Positions 62,890 through 64,000 of a DNA stretch of 64,000 nucleotides are shown piece by piece. The notes below the pieces were generated by a model. That model had not been told where the DNA came from and made no database searches. It worked only from the letters and a program-made list of their open reading frames with translations. Position numbers and translations under genes: made by a program. Each line of letters opens with the position of its first letter. Position 1 is the first letter of the stretch. Where the stretch lies: contig JAUCBJ010006937.1 in the NCBI GenBank assembly GCA_032718475.1, forward strand, positions 124,001 to 188,000. Direction: 5' to 3'. Source of the stretch: Nemertoderma westbladi (taxonomy: Eukaryota; Animalia; Xenacoelomorpha).

Positions 62890-63048
62890 TAGCCCTTGGG
62901 ACGGACAGTGGAGTGACTCGCGCTGGTTGTTGTTGTCGTTGTGCAGCTACTATGTTGGCGATAGGCACATCGACGACAGTACATCAGCGCTGAGGATCTT
63001 GCGCTGTCCGGGGGCCGTGAGGGGTAGGCAGCGACGCCCGCTAGCCTA
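62890..63048 (+). promoter_or_regulatory. GC-rich structured leader upstream of ORF3 of D
   Basis: Basal GCCCTTGG/CCGGGGGC stem, long hairpin ~62921-62990, possible pseudoknot, ATG about 45 nt downstream. Confidence 0.55.
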
Positions 63049-63090
63049 ATTATAAACTCATTATAATATTGATAAACTCATATAGCAGCT

Positions 63091-64000
63091 ATGACTGAGT
63101 TGATAGAAGATGATCTTGGTATCAGGGGGCGATATACTCTACCATTGCAAGCATTTGTTGATATCTTAATACGCGGCGACGCTGGTCCAACTACTACGGA
63201 GGAAGATGGTCATTATATCGAACCGCCAATGTCCCAGGAGCAGCTCACTCGTGAATTGGACTATCGAAAATTCACTGCTCGCTATACGCATCGTAATGGT
63301 ACGCATATGGACTTCTTAACTACTGGTCATCCTATCGATTTACACGATACGGACGATGTCGACACCGAAAGGGAAATGGCCCTATTTAAATATCCTACCC
63401 AGCGGAGTCGGAACGATAAACTGAAAATCGAATGCGAAAATTCTATTCGAAATCGACTCGAAAGAGAAGACGTTAAAGAACCTGATAAACGCGGTAACTC
63501 CAACGTATATTTGGAATTCTTGAGAGAAACATTGTAAAACCAAATAAATATCACCCGCGTTTCCCCTACAAGACGTGCGTCTTTGGTATTATTGCGATGA
63601 ATGCCCAAGACCCAACCAGCAGGCGGGGGGGCATGGGCATCCGCAGAGACGTTGCTCTAGGCGCAGTTTTACTCGTTATATTTACGGGAGTTTCGAGCGA
63701 AACTTGTTCGATGTATCATCTACGCTCGCTCGACTCAAACGATCCTTAAATAAATCCATGATCAGAGTTCCGGAATACTCGGTCAGACCTCCTCATTCCC
63801 TGGTGAGACCTCAGACTAATAGTATAACGGATCCCCCTGAACTGTACTCACTATTTAAAGATCTAGTGTTACCCGAACAATTAGTCAGTGGCACTCCGGT
63901 AGTGGGCTCCCTAGATATTCGCCCATCTTACCTAGCCGGATTGGGACGCGGACACCTAATATCGCCATTCAACCGTATTATCGTCCCTGTTTAACCCGAT
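63091..64000 (+). pseudogene. 5' part of ORF3 of D
   Basis: RLWYYCDEC..RC..FTRYIYG and VLPEQL..GLGRG match C ORF3; stop at 63537 plus frameshift. Confidence 0.8.

Larger units (their letters stand above)
48469..64000 (+). mobile_element. BEL/Pao element D, decayed, continuing beyond window
   Basis: Putative LTR from TGTAGG 48469, long leader, gag-pol 51842-61385, ORF3 from 63091. Confidence 0.85.

Overview
Animal genomic DNA, almost all nested transposons around a few exons of a host gene for a secreted beta/gamma-crystallin-domain protein (28938-34495). Four divergent BEL/Pao LTR retrotransposon families dominate: A (minus, 1-14310, nearly intact), B (plus, 14311-27264, with a partial tandem copy B'), C (plus, ~36800-48468, decayed) and D (plus, 48469-64000, decayed). 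All four carry a large third ORF after pol that is not env. In A, B and C it contains a DnaQ/DEDDy-like (WRN/EXD/Mut-7-type) 3'-5' exonuclease domain with an invariant YDNEG motif, plus Cys/His zinc-binding modules; only the homologous N-terminal part of D's ORF3 is in the window. The intact ORF3 of A (2202 to <1) is missing from the ORF track because it runs off the edge. The elements also carry covarying structured-RNA arrays and family-specific hairpins that recur in gag, pol, ORF3, leaders or LTR, which suggests an accessory nuclease/RNA-binding protein with cognate RNA elements. Other content: a CR1-group LINE 3' end, a rearranged RTE LINE, a Gypsy gag remnant, a Deu/Nin-type tRNA SINE and a hAT MITE. 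All protein and RNA-structure calls were made by eye; no searches were run.
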